A stretch of DNA of 64,000 nucleotides, from NCBI GenBank assembly GCA_030141605.1, contig JAQGDQ010001018.1, forward strand, positions 6,011 through 70,010, given 5' to 3'. A program made the position numbers and the translations under genes. Origin of the DNA: Tubiluchus corallicola (taxonomy: Eukaryota > Animalia > Priapulida). Shown piece after piece: positions 13,181 to 43,240 of this stretch (position 1 is its first letter; each line of letters opens with the position of its first letter). A model generated the notes under the pieces. That model did not search any database, had not been told where the DNA came from, and worked only from the letters and a program-made list of their open reading frames with translations.

Positions 13181-16100
13181 TGTTTCTGAAACTGACAATG
13201 TGAAAGTTGAAAAATAATTAGTAAATAAATCAATGCCATAAGGATCTTAATGATATGATAGCATCAATTACTAGTTACAGTTATCAGTTCACTGGCCAAA
13301 GGAAATCAACTTTTTATGGCTCCTAAACAAACTCACTTTGTAGTGCTCGCCGTCTGTTATAAAAGAGAAAAAACAAATTTAAACATTTACTGTTTTCATT
13401 AATTGGAAGAATCAGTAATTCAAAACGCAATTGGAAAAACACAAGGTAAACTTTCAACAAGAAAAAAACTGAATATCCTTAAAGATTTTTTCTTTGTAGA
13501 TTTGTGAAAAAAATCTTAAACGTCGAAGTTGAACTGATGCACCAATGTCCATCAACAGATTCTCACAAAAACATATTTAGATTCATGTGATTTGACATCA
13601 GTCATTCCAAACTTGCTTAGGGAGAAGAAACATAATAGGCAGTCCATATTTGAATAATTACTACCATTTCGCCTAAGTAGCTAGTGTTAAAAGCTAATTT
13701 AGTTACTGTACAAGCAGTTTGTGATAACAGACAAAGTCGTTTCATCAGGTAAGGAGAATAACCTAAGAACTGTCAACAAAGATTTAGTTTAAAATAATTT
13801 AATTTAATTTTCTTTAAGTTTTTTTATCGCCGCAGTCAGTTAATAGTTCATAATTTAGTAACCCGTTAAAGGATAGCAATTGCACCAGGTAGTCTACATT
13901 TCTTATTATAGGTAAACACAAATTACCATATTATTATTCAGGCAGCAATTGCATAATTAGGCACAATAATTTAGGCGTAGTTATTTTGCTATACGTACCT
14001 GTTGTCACGAAATCTACCAGTTCCTAAAACACTTAAAAGTGGTTAAGCCTCGTCAAAATAAACGATTCCACTGTTTTGTGTGTTCAAACCACATTGTCTG
14101 AGGTTTAGAATTTTAGAACAACGATTTTTTTTCAAAAGACAATTGAGGACGTGATTATTTAGATTAAAGAGAGTTTGTTTCGTTCTATTTATGTTTTGCA
14201 ACTGCAGAACGAATTTTTATTTGCTGTATTCACGAAGAGTGCTTTCCTGTGTTTTAATAACTAGGCTTTGTAATAGAACGTTAATATGAAATAAGATGGT
14301 GACTATATTATCTAAGTAGTATCATAGGAAATGTCCGTGATTTTAACCATAATTCGTACGGGTACAAGCCCAGCTGATATTTTTGAAGATGATGATTGAT
14401 GTAGATTATATTGTAACGATGCAACGATAGCGTCGTTATTTGCAATAGTCTGCATTAGTCGTTCTCTCACATGTTGGAAGCCGAGTGGGCCTGAGTGACG
14501 ATGAAGAACATTTCAACAGACGTCTGTTGCATATCAGGTTTACAAAGACAAACAAGCAACTTCGTACTAGACCTAACTATCACAAGGGAGTGGTGGTGGG
14601 AGGGGGTAAAAAAAGGCATTTCTTTATTCTAACAAAAAGTTTTTGACAACATCTAAAGAATCGTTTAGTCATTTTATCAGTTTTTCATCAATGTTGGTAA
14701 TTGCATTAAAGATGGGTATTGCTGTGTAATGAAATACGTAAATGGCAAAAGATTGTTTGCTTGTCCTGATAGCTAATGATTTGAATGATCATTGGGTAGA
14801 TATTTTGAATAATTATTGTGGTCAATTGTGATAATGCTAATAGCTCTGCTATCTTTTTCGTGTCTCTGCTGAGCTCTAAGAATTTCTTCTTTAGTCTGTG
14901 GGTGAGTTTTTGGTATGTGCAACAACGTATATTTCTATAATATATTGCTTACGATGAATAAAATAAGAAAACTAGACCATTTGAAAATTGTTAAATTTTC
15001 AGCAGAGTGTAGTGCCGTGTATATCAAAGTTTTATAAATGTGTGGATGTAGGTTAGAAAATTTCCCAATATGCTTATAGGTCGCCATAATTATCTGACGA
15101 AACTTATGGATTAAATTTAAACGCTGAAGCAAAATTTACATATTTACTTGATGTGCTCTCTTTATTTTGTTTACTAATAAAATATAGACGCACAAACTGA
15201 AGGTATACATTTCCTAATTATTACAAAAAAATTAATCTTAGCAGAAAACGCAAATGCTTCTCATTTTCCTGCTTTTTACGCCTACGCCTAGGTAGAAAAT
15301 AATGAATCAAAATGTTTCAAATAACTAAATATTAGGAAACAGACATTTTAACTTTTGCTTATTTTTGAGAAAAAACACAAAAAAATAAATTACTGTCGTT
15401 TACAACAAATTTAACGAATTTAAAGCCAATTTACCTCTTGTGTAAGAATATTTCGTGTAAAAATTTCTAACACTTTGCATTATTTAAAGGGGTGGGTAGA
15501 AAAATTTCATATAGGTAGCATGTCGTGAAGTTTGGGCTTCACGATTCGCCCCCCAGAGAGAAGCCATTGAATTGAATTGATTTTACGTGTAACTGTAGAA
15601 AAGAAGTTAGGCAGTTGTTGAGTTGGTATGAAAGGGCAAACTAGCATATTGCGTTCGGAAAAAAAGAATAAAGTTCAGCGTTACGGCGGTGGTAAAAATT
15701 CTCGTCTTTTCGTTTTATTTGTCTCAAAAGTCACCACGACATAGCACAACAAGAGATATAGTCAGCTGCCGAGGTTTCAAACACCCCTCACAACAAACGG
15801 CTGACTTGAAAATTTTCATATATGATCATATATGTGAGTGTAGACTTACTGTAGATTTCTATTAATGGACGTGAAGCTAACTGCCTATATGCTGGAGAAA
15901 CGACAAGCAAGGGAGTCGAGTTTCAACTCATATAAGTTCAGAAAAAAATAAACTTATTGGAAAGATGCATGAGTTTGTTATGTTATGCCTGCAATTTAAT
16001 TGGAATCCGTCACGTCTACCATAGAAAAATCTAGAAATAGTTAACATGGATTGCATAGTAGCAGTAATATGACGGAGATCATAGGGAATCAATGGAGATA

Positions 16101-17795
16101 CGGGGTGAACTAAACTGCATCAATATAACTGTTTTAGGAAATAATGATCTGTTGAACTTGTTATTATTCGGTAAAGATGAATTTAACTATGTTACCAACT
16201 GTAAAATATTCCAATGTATACATGACTTTATATTATGTACTAAACGCTTCCAGTAGTTTCTATCTGATATAAAATGCATCATTCTTAAATAATCGTACAT
16301 TAATATTTACTAACCGTCATTTTTTACTAATGTCTAATGTATCACTGTAAGTAAAACTTTAGTATTCTAAAAGTTAAGTATGTTCAATTCTTACTGTAAA
16401 TGTTCTTGTAAATAGTGTATAAAGTCTATTGTGGTGAGGATCTTAAATCATGTTGTACAAACTGTCTGATCCAATCCTAAATAAATTATGTTTAAACTAA
16501 ACTGCATCAAAGGTTGAATGAAGAAATTAAACGGACATCCTAATCCTCAGCTTTGGATACGAATCAAAATCTAAGATACATTCCAGCTCTCTTTGTGTTC
16601 CTTGTCTCAAAATTTCATTAACTTTGTATTTGCAAGATTACTAAGATTACAATAAACTTTTCTTTATAAGCTTCGTCGTAGCTCACTGTATTAATTACTG
16701 TAGCACGTTGTTCTCTAAATTGTGGTTCTATACAGTGAAGTGTTACCAGCAAACATTTACAGATAATAGCATTTTAAATACATAACAATAATAACAGTAA
16801 ATACATTCAGTTTAATATCATTGAAAAATTTATAATTAAATATGTAAAGTCCACATTTTACATATACATTCTACGATAGGTTTGTTTTTTAGGAAAGCAA
16901 CAATGAAAGAAAACTAGTGTGGATATTTTTTCTTCACAATACCACAAAACAAAATTCTGTTTTTTACTCTGCCTTTTTTAATCATTAAAGCTTTAAAAGG
17001 CTTGAAGGAAATGGGGATAACAATTTAATTGTAGAGATCGCTGTTCTGGCGTGTTCTTGAGCTCTGATAGATACACAGTTAGATGTTGCATATACGCCAA
17101 AACTTTGATCTCCAAACGTCATGATTGAATGACCCTGTTGAACATCATTCACTGTATAGAACCACAATTTAGAGAACAACGTGCTACACGTTGTTCTCTA
17201 TATTGTGGTTCTATACAGTGAAGTGTTACCAGCAAATATTTATAGATAATAGCATTTTAAATAAATAACAATACTAACAGTATCACACTAGACAGTAACT
17301 CGCAGGAGATCGTCTCAAATCAAATCAAATCAAATCAAATTTATTCTCAATTTGCTGCAACTATCTGAGAGTTGGCAATAATTTTACAACACAAACGCGC
17401 AAATCTGTTCAAACTTGCGAGTTTTTTGTCAGAGAAAAACCTTTTAGTGATGAATCGTGTCTTTCACTGCTTTATTGTAATCAGACTATGTCGTTTAGCT
17501 CTTCGTTAATTTAACTATTATAATATCGTTTGTCTACATGTGAAAAATTACTAACCTTTGTATGAGTAACTTACAGTTTAACTTTAACTCTTTTACTCAT
17601 TTGCATCAAAATTAAATTGAAGAAATTACATAAAAATAATCCTAAAAGATTTTTTATTGTACGAGCATTTGTATCTATATGCAAAAATATACATTCAATG
17701 AAACAATAAACAAATTGGTATAAACTTATTTAGGAATGACATCTAATAAGCGATGCAACAAAATACTAGTTTAATTAAAGGTGAACAATATGAAC

Positions 17796-19620
17796 AACTG
17801 CAAGTGAAATTCTTTTATGTGAAGAGGAATTTAGTCCTATTGTTGGATTTTAGCATACAAATGATTACAGTAACTGCAAGTGAAATTCTTTTATGTGAAG
17901 AGGAATTTGGTCCTATTGTTGGATTTTAGCATACAAATGATTACGGTAACTGCAAGTGAAATTCTTTTATGTGAAGAGGAATTTGGTCCTATTGTTGGAT
18001 TTTAGCATACAAATGATTACAGTAACTGCAAGTGAAATTCTTTTATGTGAAGAGGAATTTGGTCCTATTGTTGGATTTTAGCATGCAAATGATTACGGTA
18101 ACTGCAAGTGAAATTCTTTTATGTGAAGAGGAATTTGGTCCTATTGTTGGATTTTAGCATACAAATGATTACATTAACTGCAAGTGAAATTCTTTTATGT
18201 GAAGAGGAATTTGGTCCTATTGTTGGATTTTAGCATGCAAATGATTACGGTAACTGCAAGTGAAATTCTTTTATGTGAAGAGGAATTTGGTCCTATTGTT
18301 GGACTTTAGCATACAAATGATTATGGTAACTGCAAGTGAAATTCTTTTATGTGAAGAGGAATTTGGTCCTATTGTTGGATTTTAGCATACAAATGACTAC
18401 AGTAACTGCAAGTGAAATTCTTTTATGTGAAGAGGAATTTGGTCCTATTGTTGGATTTTAGCATGCAAATGATTACGGTAACTGCAAGTGAAATTCTTTT
18501 ATGTGAAGAGGAATTTGGTCCTATTGTTGAATTTTAGCATACAAATGATTACAGTAACTGCAAGTGAAATTCTTTTATGTGAAGAGGAATTTGGTCCTAT
18601 TGTTGGATTTTAGCATGCAAATGATTACGGTAACTGCAAGTGAAATTCTTTTATGTGAAGAGGAATTTGGTCCTATTGTTGGAATTTAGCATACAAATGA
18701 TTATGGTAACTGCAAGTGAAATTCTTTTATGTGAAGAGGAATTTGGTCCTATTGTTGGATTTTAGCATACAAATGATTACAGTAACTGCAAGTGAAATTC
18801 TTTTATGTGAAGAGGAATTTGGTCCTATTGTTGGATTTTAGCATGCAAATGATTACGGTAACTGCAAGTGAAATTCTTTTATGTGAAGAGGAATTTGGTC
18901 ATATTGTTGGAATTTAGCATACAAATGATTATGGTAACTGCAAGTGAAATTCTTTTATGTGAAGAGGAATTTGGTCCTATTGTTGGATTTTAGCATACAA
19001 ATGATTACAGCAACTGCAAGTGAAATTCTTTTATGTGAAGAGGAATTTGGTCCTATTGTTGGATTTTAGCATGCAAATGATTACGGTAACTGCAAGTGAA
19101 ATTCTTTTATGTGAAGAGGAATTTGGTCCTATTGTTGGAATTTAGCATACAAATGATTACGGTAACTGCAAGTGAAATTCTTTTATGTGAAGAGGAATTT
19201 GGTCCTATTGTTGGATTTTAGCATACAAATGATTACGGTAACTGCAAGTGAAATTCTTTTATGTGAAGAGGAATTTGGTCCTATTGTTGGATTTTAGCAT
19301 ACAAATGATTACAGTAACTGCAAGTGAAATTCTTTTATGTGAAGAGGAATTTGGTCCTATTGTTGGACTTTAGCATACAAATGATTACGGTAACTGCAAG
19401 TGAAATTCTTTTATGTGAAGAGGAATTTGGTCCTATGGTGGGATTTTAGCATACAAATGATTACGGTAACTGCAAGTGAAATTCTTTTATGTGAAGAGGA
19501 ATTTGGTCCTATTGTTGGATTTTGGCATACAAATGATTACGGTAACTGCAAGTGAAATTCTTTTATTTGAAGAGGAATTTGGTCCTGTTGTTGGATTTTA
19601 GCATACAAATGATTACGGTA
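17796..19620. repeat. 76-bp tandem satellite, ~24 units
   Basis: Unit aactgcaagtgaaattcttttatgtgaagaggaatttggtcctattgttggattttagcatacaaatgattacggt; unit starts at 17796, 17872, etc. Confidence 0.98.
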
Positions 19621-19921
19621 ACCACATCCATTACGGCAGCAATTTTCGTTAGTCCCATGAGTAAATGTAGTTGTAGATTTGCTCGACAGGAGTTAGGTAA
19701 TAGGCAAACTTTGGAACAATCAGCCCTTTGTAATACCAGCCCACTAACAAGACTTATTCATGACCGTAGAGTCCAATAATTTCAAGGTACTTATATGTTC
19801 TACAAGCTGCCTGTAAGCTGGTTAGTCCAGTTATTAGGATTATTAGTCCATAATTAGTCGTTGAGCAAATGCGCCTTGATAACCATCTAATTCGCGGTCG
19901 TATTCAACCAGAAGAACAATC

Positions 19922-35471
<15,550 letters not shown>

Positions 35472-35569
35472 TGCGAATTCTTGGTAAATTCAAGCTGAAA
35501 GTAAAAAAATCCAAACAAAGTGAACACAGGTCACAGGGATTTCAAGAAGAGCCATTTTCTGAAGACCCA

Positions 35570-35744
35570 GATCATCATCTTTACCATCATTATCATTATC
35601 ATCATCATCGTCACCATCAGCACCATCATCATCATAATCATTATCATCGTCTTCGTCAGCATCGTGATATTCACTTTCAATATCATTATCATCATTATTT
35701 AACAAAATTTACAAAAAAATTCTATTGCATTATAGCCGAAGAAA

Positions 35745-35826
<82 letters not shown>

Positions 35827-35848
35827 CTCCTTTCTCTCTCGTTCTCTC

Positions 35849-35893
<45 letters not shown>

Positions 35894-35910
35894 TCTCTCT
35901 CTCTCTCTTT
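35570..35910. repeat. (CAT)n-like and (CT)n microsatellites
   Basis: Direct reading. Confidence 0.95.
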
Positions 35911-35929
35911 CTTTGTAAGTTACTTTAGT

Positions 35930-37112
35930 CATCAATAATGCATTAGCCTTTTTACGTGTGCTAATTAAAATGTCAATTTTTATCATACTTCAACACGAGT
36001 TCAGACATGAACATGCAGCTTTCGTTTAACACTTAAGCACGTTTTTTTAGAAATTATGCTAATTATTTAGTATGGAAATGAATATTGGATCATGCTTGAT
36101 TATTTATTTATTTATTTGTATGATATAACACAGCACGTAAGTTGCAGAATCATTTCAGTTTAGAATGATGTTATCAAATGTTAATGACAGTGAACTAAAA
36201 AGTTACTTACGTTTAGAACGCAGCTTAAGCAATGTCAACTTGTTCTACACACCCCAAACTTCTCCAGAATATGAAGTGGGATCACTTTTATATATCAAAC
36301 TTCTATACTGGGAGCCATAAACCATACCTGGGGGCCAACAGGTGTCATAATAAATATGTTCCAGAATGGGGCATAGCCAGATTTTAACGTTAGGGGGAGC
36401 AAGCATACAAAAAGGCCATCACACATACCATACCATTGATTGTAATTTTGTGTTTAAAATTAAAACGCAAGAAAATTCAGTTTTTAACGAAGTACATGAA
36501 TGTTATTTTGTATTTAAAATTAAAATACAATAGTTGGGTTAATGCACGTCCAAGCAGGGGAGGCAGGTTGATGAAATAAAGTAAAAACTCCATTATTGAA
36601 AAACCGCCCATTTTGAAATATGTGCTCGTTGGAGAAGTGGATCCCCTTACTCCCCCTACTAGCTACGCCCCTGACTTCAGTCTGTGACGCAACTCATCTC
36701 TTGACTTTGCCTTGACTTGCGGTCTGCCTGTATTATTTGTTGCTGGGTAAAAATTTCAAGTGCATTCTGGGAAATAATTCCAGCCAAACAACAGCATAAT
36801 AAAAGTTACAAAATCATCTTATTGGCTAAAATTGCAATTGAAACCGGTTGATAATAATAATAATAATAATCTTATAAAATTGTTCTATTATAAAATCTTA
36901 TTATAAAAACACCATTATATTAATTACTTTGTTCAATTGCTTTGCAAGGCGGATGACAATAGAACTTTTGTGTAAGAAAAATCAAATTTTAAAGCATGTC
37001 CAAAAACCTTTCCAATCAAAGTCATCAATTTGAAATACTTTTGTAACTACAAATGAAAATTTTGAATAGTTACAGTGTTCTAGCGAAACTAGTAAAATGT
37101 CGTTGACTCACT
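35930..37112 (+). repeat. ~1.2 kb direct duplication, copy 1 (contains a GGGGCGTAGC..GCTACGCCCC MITE at ~36368-36671)
   Basis: Colinear with ~39952-41735. Confidence 0.92.
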
Positions 37113-37262
37113 ATTACTATCAACATAATTTATTTTTGAATGCGCATTTACAGTTAACTTACATAAGTGGTTCAATTAAAGGAACTATGTAGAATAGTAG
37201 CAAAAGTAAAACAAATATTAAACACTGACAACAACAACAACAACAGCACCAACAACAACAAC

Positions 37263-37313
<51 letters not shown>

Positions 37314-37668
37314 CAACAACAACAACAAACAAGTTTATTTACATAAAAAAGACAAAGCAATTAATTAAAAAAAGACACCTCACATTCTAACATTTCTCTC
37401 AATTGATACTTTGATAAAAAATTAAAAAATTCCAATTTTCTATACATCTTATACAAAGATTGTTATGGTTAGCTGCCTAAATTTTACGAGATAATTCATA
37501 AACTCTTCAAGGTAACATCATTTTCTACAACAATTTATATTAGACCATTGATATATTAGCCTTACTTGGGTTTTTAGTAATGTTTACACACGACAATTCT
37601 TAAACTTTCTAATATAAACACAAATTTTGAGCAAATTTTATTGCTAATTATTGCTGAAAGTTTCTTAC

Positions 37669-37786
37669 CTGTAACTGACCTAACCTTCCTCAGATCGTAA
37701 GTTGTTTTTCTTGTTTACAACCAACCCCCAAGTGCTGTCTTTTTATAAGTCTAGTCTAATGTCTCGAGGCTATGAGATTGACGTCA
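37669..37786 (-). promoter_or_regulatory. Probable promoter and non-coding first exon of gene B
   Basis: TATAAAA at 37747-37741, TGACGTCA at 37779-37786, strong donor CAG|GTAAG at 37669/37668. The ATG exon is preceded by an acceptor (tttcag|35494), implying an upstream UTR exon. Confidence 0.5.
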
Positions 37787-38017
37787 AAATGCTCAGTAAC
37801 CTGTGACATTTTGACCTGTTGCAACGGCCAGAACATGCTCTATGCTGCAATTTTTCCAACTAGTTTCTTTTAGCTGGAATTTTGTAAACAGGTAAATCAA
37901 GTGTTCTCCTGATTTCATATTACTTGTGTTCCTAGAGCACGTGCACAAAATTCAGGGTTACCGCCCATGCAGTGAAGGATGGTCGACATACTAGATATAA
38001 AACTCCCATTGCATGAG

Positions 38018-38375
38018 AAAATGTACTCTATGTAAAAGTGTACTCTATGTAAAAGTGTACTCTATGTAAAAAAAGGTACTCTATGTAAAAATGTACTCTA
38101 TGTAAAAATGTACTCTATGTAAAAATGTACTCTATGTAAAAATGTACTCTATGTAAAAATGTACTCTATGTAAAAGTGTACTCTATGTAAAAATGGTACT
38201 CTATGTAAAAATGCACTTTATGTAAAAATGTACTCTATGTAAAAATGTACTCTATGTAAAAATGTACTCTATGTAAAAATGTACTCTATGTAAAAGTGTA
38301 CTCTATGTAAAAATGTTCTCTATGTAAAAATGTACTCTATGTAAAAGTGTACTCTATGTAAAAGTGTACTCTATG
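38018..38375. repeat. 16-bp minisatellite (aaaatgtactctatgt)n
   Basis: About 22 tandem units. Confidence 0.97.
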
Positions 38376-39176
38376 CCCGTTCACATGTACGATTTTCTCA
38401 CACAAGTTGCCACAAAAGTCTGAACGCGCCATTTTAACTTAATTATACATTTCCAAAAGCAGTAAATGCGTCACTTCACCATCTGATAGTAGAACATGTT
38501 ATTATTAATATCCCTATAAACAATGAAAGTATTATTATATACAGTAACATTTTATACGCTTCCGTATTAGCATTTAATTGTCCAGATAAAGACGAAATGA
38601 CTAGCTTTTAGAAGCTTTTTAATGAGAATTATTCAATATTAGGGTATTATTTTTATAGACATTATTTTTGTGCGTCATTTACTATTATATAGGATTATCG
38701 CAAGTGAATGCGCCTGCTGATTTTTTTCTTTTATACTTGTTTTAATACACATGTAAACATGTAAAGTCAATAAATGAATAAATAATAGCAATAATAAATA
38801 ATAATAGATAAATAAATAATAATAAATAGAATTGAAAATCAACATGTGGGACTAGTTTTCTTAGATTCCAAGATTTTAGACATTAGTAACAGAAATTTGA
38901 GAAAATGTTTTCTATGTCTTTCCATCGCCCAGGGGAAGGTCGTTCTGGATGTTTGCTATTTCTTGAAAATGTCACCACACCCGTGGGTTGTACCAGCCAA
39001 CTTTGTCAGACAAAAGACGTCGACATTTCACAAATGTGAAACTTGAAATCTTTTGAGGTGAGGCGCTTTCGTACTTGTTTGCCTGGTTTTAGTGTGTGTA
39101 TTAAACCTGTTATTATGGCGGCACAATATTGTAAAGACGAGTCATCTTTGGCTGTTTAATAAGTTACACATGGGAA

Positions 39177-39277
39177 GTAAGACTAGGGAGTTTTGGGATA
39201 TGCAGAGAGTAAGACTAGGGAGTTTTGGGATATGCAGAGAGTAAGACTAGGGAGTTTTGGGATATGCAGAGAGTAAG
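39177..39277. repeat. 32-bp tandem repeat x3
   Basis: Unit gtaagactagggagttttgggatatgcagaga. Confidence 0.95.
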
Positions 39278-39951
39278 CTGTGCATACCAGTGTTCAATAC
39301 TCAATACTAAAAGCTGATGACATTTCGCGTAATATAAATGGTGGTAACACTATTGCTATGACATTTCCCATTATAGATATCTAAAATGCACTTTGTTGAT
39401 AACATCTTTTAATCTAGCTATCAAGTGAGAATAATGTTTGAGCACCAGCGTAAACACCAAAATGTAAACAAAAATCACTTTTTGCTAGAAAAGTTTCAAA
39501 TCTAATTTTAGCTGTTTAAGTTTCTCAACTCAGATTTCCAAGTGGAAAATATCTTTGTTATAAAATAGTTTCTAATATATAATAAAACGTGTAAAATAAA
39601 TATTTACCAAAAGCAAAGGATTAGTAAGGTGGATATTAAAAAGGTGGTTAATATGTGTGTTAAAAATAAAATTACAGTTGGCTTTCTTGCCTGAATTTAT
39701 AACCCTTTTTTATGTAAAATCATTTAAAATGATTGCAACTGTTTACTGCATCTATGGTTAGGTGCAGTCTAGCATCTATGGTTAGCAAAAGAACTTCGTC
39801 AACCCGAAATAGTAGGCCGCTTCTACAAAGTAGGACATTTGTTGAGCGTTTGTGGTGTTCTGACGTCATCACTAACTTCACTCGACTGTGGTTATTTAAG
39901 TTTGTGAGTTACTTTAAGTTACTGTCAGTTACTTTGTAAGTTCATTTAATT

Positions 39952-40116
39952 ATCAATAATGCATTAGCGTTTTTACGTGTGCTAATTAAGATGTCAATTT
40001 TTATCATACTTCAACACGTTCAGACATGAACATGCAATTTTCGATTAACACTTAAGCACGTTTTTTAGAAATTATGCTAATTATTTAGTATGGAAATAAA
40101 TATTGGATCATGCGTG

Positions 40117-40147
<31 letters not shown>

Positions 40148-41735
40148 GTATGATATAGCATAGCACGTACGTTGCAGAATCATTTCAGTTTAGAATGATG
40201 TTATCAAATGTTAATGACAGTGAACTAAAAAGTTACTTACGTTTAGAACGCAGCTTAAGCAATGTCAACTTGTTCTGCACTCTTCCAAACTTCTTCACAA
40301 TATGAAGATGGGTCGCTTTTTATATCAAACTTCTATACTGAGAGCCATACATCATACCTGGGGGCCAACAGGTGTTATAATAAACATGTTTCAGTATGGG
40401 GCGTAGCCAGACTAGGGGGAGCAAGCATGTAAAAAGGCCATGACACATACCATACGTTTTAACGCATTGATTATACATTTTAATTTTGTGTTTAAAATTA
40501 AAACGCAAGAAAATTCAGTTTTTAACGAAGTACATGAATGTTATTTTGTATTTAAAATTAAAATACAATAGTTGGGTAAATGCACGTCCAAGAAGGGGAG
40601 GCAGGTTGACGAAATAAAGTAAAAACTCCATTATTGAAAAACCGCCCATTTTGAAATATGTGCTCGTTGGAGAAGTGGATCCCCTTACTCCCCCTACTAG
40701 CTACGCCCCTGGTTTCAGTCTGTGACGCAACTGATCTCCTGACTTTGCCTTGACTTGCGGTCTGCCTGTATTATTTGTTGCTGGGGTAAAATTTTCAAGT
40801 GCATTCTGGGAAATAATTCCAGGCAAACAACAACATAATAAAAGTTACAAAATCATCTTATTGGCTAAAATTTTAAATGAAACCGGTTGATAATAATAAT
40901 CTTATAAAATTGTTCTATTATAAAATCTTCTTATAAAAATATCGTTATATTAATGACTTTGTTTAATTGCTTTGCAAGGCGGATGACAATAGAGCTTTTG
41001 TGGAAAAAAATCAATATTAAAGCATGTCCAAAAACCTTTCCAATCAAAGTCACCAATTAGAAAGACGTTTGTAACTACAAATGAAAATTTTGAATAGTTT
41101 CAAAATTCAAAGTCTGGACTCCAATTGTCAATCTCCTCATGCAGTCATGCAGGTAATTTTTTGTGCTTTAGCTATATGCCTATTTATTTAAACTCAGATC
41201 ATCAAAAATCGCCCTGTATTTTTTTACATTATTATGATATATTATGACTCCATTATACATTCGCTTGTTTATGTCTAAGAATTATGCTTGTGTTATAAAG
41301 TAAATTTCAGTTGCCATTGTTATCATGTTTCTGTTGTCAGATTTTTATTTCAGTTCTTATTTCAGTTTAGTTTTATTTCAGTTATTTTCAGTTTGATTTT
41401 TTTAATTATGCACTTATTATTACTGTGTATGAATTGTACTAACACGTTATAAGCATATCAATTTAATGTCATTCGTGACAATTTAGTTTTTATTATAAAC
41501 AGTACTAACACTAATACACTGTAGCATAACGCCTATAAAAATGTTCATCACTAACCAAAGGGCAGCCGACTAGATGACCAATTGGTCTTTCGCTGCCCTT
41601 TCTTCACGTTTTTGTTACCAAATTAGTTGCACTATAACTGTGCGTGTGTTACATGATAAATAAAAGATTATTATTATTATTATTATTTCAATGTTCCAGG
41701 GGAAACTAGTAAAATGTCATTGACTCACTCAACTA
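39952..41735 (+). repeat. ~1.2 kb direct duplication, copy 2, interrupted by a ~590-bp LINE-like 3' fragment (~41103-41690)
   Basis: Matches copy 1; the insert ends in AATAAA + (TTA)n and is absent from copy 1. Confidence 0.88.
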
Positions 41736-42674
41736 TTGTGCGTTAATGAATCACCAGAAAAACAACGTCTTTTATTCTTATTGACAAGATACGGTACTTT
41801 AATTTTGCTTAGTTACTGAAGTTTATGCTACAAATGCTCTGATGCTACGATGCTATTTTTTCAAACTTTCGAGATATGAGCATAGTTTTTAGTATACGAG
41901 GTGAGTTGAACAGCCAAAGTGAAGCAGCAACAAAATAAAAATTTCTCATGACTGCTGACCTTGACACTCGTTTTTGGCTACCGAATTTGTCATACCGATT
42001 CTGGCTGTTCACTTCGTAGCGTGAGGCTGTAATATGGGTTCTAGATTTCGGGTCAAAGAGACATATCAGATGAGATGAGAATTCCCTAAAAACCGGCTTG
42101 TTTTACAATTTTATTTACGTTGTTGAGTTGTGTTGAATTTTTCCACTTTGGTTTTTGTAATCTTTTCTCAGAAACTAAAAGTGCAAAAACACATAAAAAC
42201 ACACGTAATTCCCCTTACACTAGTTATATGACATTTTGCGAGTTTGTAATAAAAGTGTATTAAACATTATATTATCCAGTGTCATACAATAAACTCATTT
42301 CAGCTGGAATGTCCAAAAATGTCCAACAAGACCGCCAAAGGTACTCTGTCACAGTGACTGAATATCAGAGATCCGCACATGCGCAGTAGACGCTTTGTCT
42401 CACGTATTTTCAGCTTGTACTTGATTAGGACGATACTTGAAATTTGCTGCCGACGTCAGATGTATTTGTCAAATTTATCTGGTGAATGACGTTATGAATT
42501 CCTGAGACACGGAAGAATGTAGTTAAAGCAAAACATTCAGGTCCAGGGTATAAAAATGACACGTTCAAACATGCATCAAGGTCAGCTTTTTCGCTTAGAA
42601 ACAGAGTACACACGTATGGAGCGCTAAAATGCCACTTTGATTAAAATCACAAGTTCGTGGCCACCGTATGTACT

Positions 42675-43105
42675 ATACATTAATCCTTGCCAACAATATA
42701 TTAATCCGTGCCCACGATATATTAATCCGTGCCCACGATATATTAATCCGTGCCCACAATATATTAATACATGCCAACAATATATTAATCTGTGCTCACA
42801 ATATATTAATCTGTGCTCACAATATATTAATCCGTACCCACGATATATTAATCCGTTCCCAGGATATGTTAATCAACGCTCACAATATACTAATCCGTGC
42901 CAACAATATAGTAATCCGTGCCAACAATATATTAATCCGTACCCACAATATATTAATCCATACCCACAATATATTAATCTGTGCCCACGATATATTAATC
43001 TGTGCCCACGATATATTAATCTGTGCTCACAATATATTAATCCGTTCCCAGGAAATATTAATCCGTACCCACAATATATTAATCAATACCCACAATATAT
43101 TAATC
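42675..43105. repeat. 21-bp minisatellite (atattaatccgtgcccacaat)n
   Basis: About 20 degenerate units; explains the repetitive ORFs here. Confidence 0.95.
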
Positions 43106-43240
43106 CCTGAACACCATGTAAAATTTCGTTGCTACGATACATTTATAATGTACATTTATGAAGTACATGTATTTGTATGTGTATGTGTACATTTGTATGC
43201 ACATGTACGCAAACACGTATATACGTATACTACATGTATG

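Noticed and set aside
17796-19620. CRISPR-like array or ribozyme in the 76-bp repeat
   Set aside because: Units are contiguous with no unique spacers, there are no cas genes, the context is eukaryotic, and no CUGANGA core occurs on either strand.
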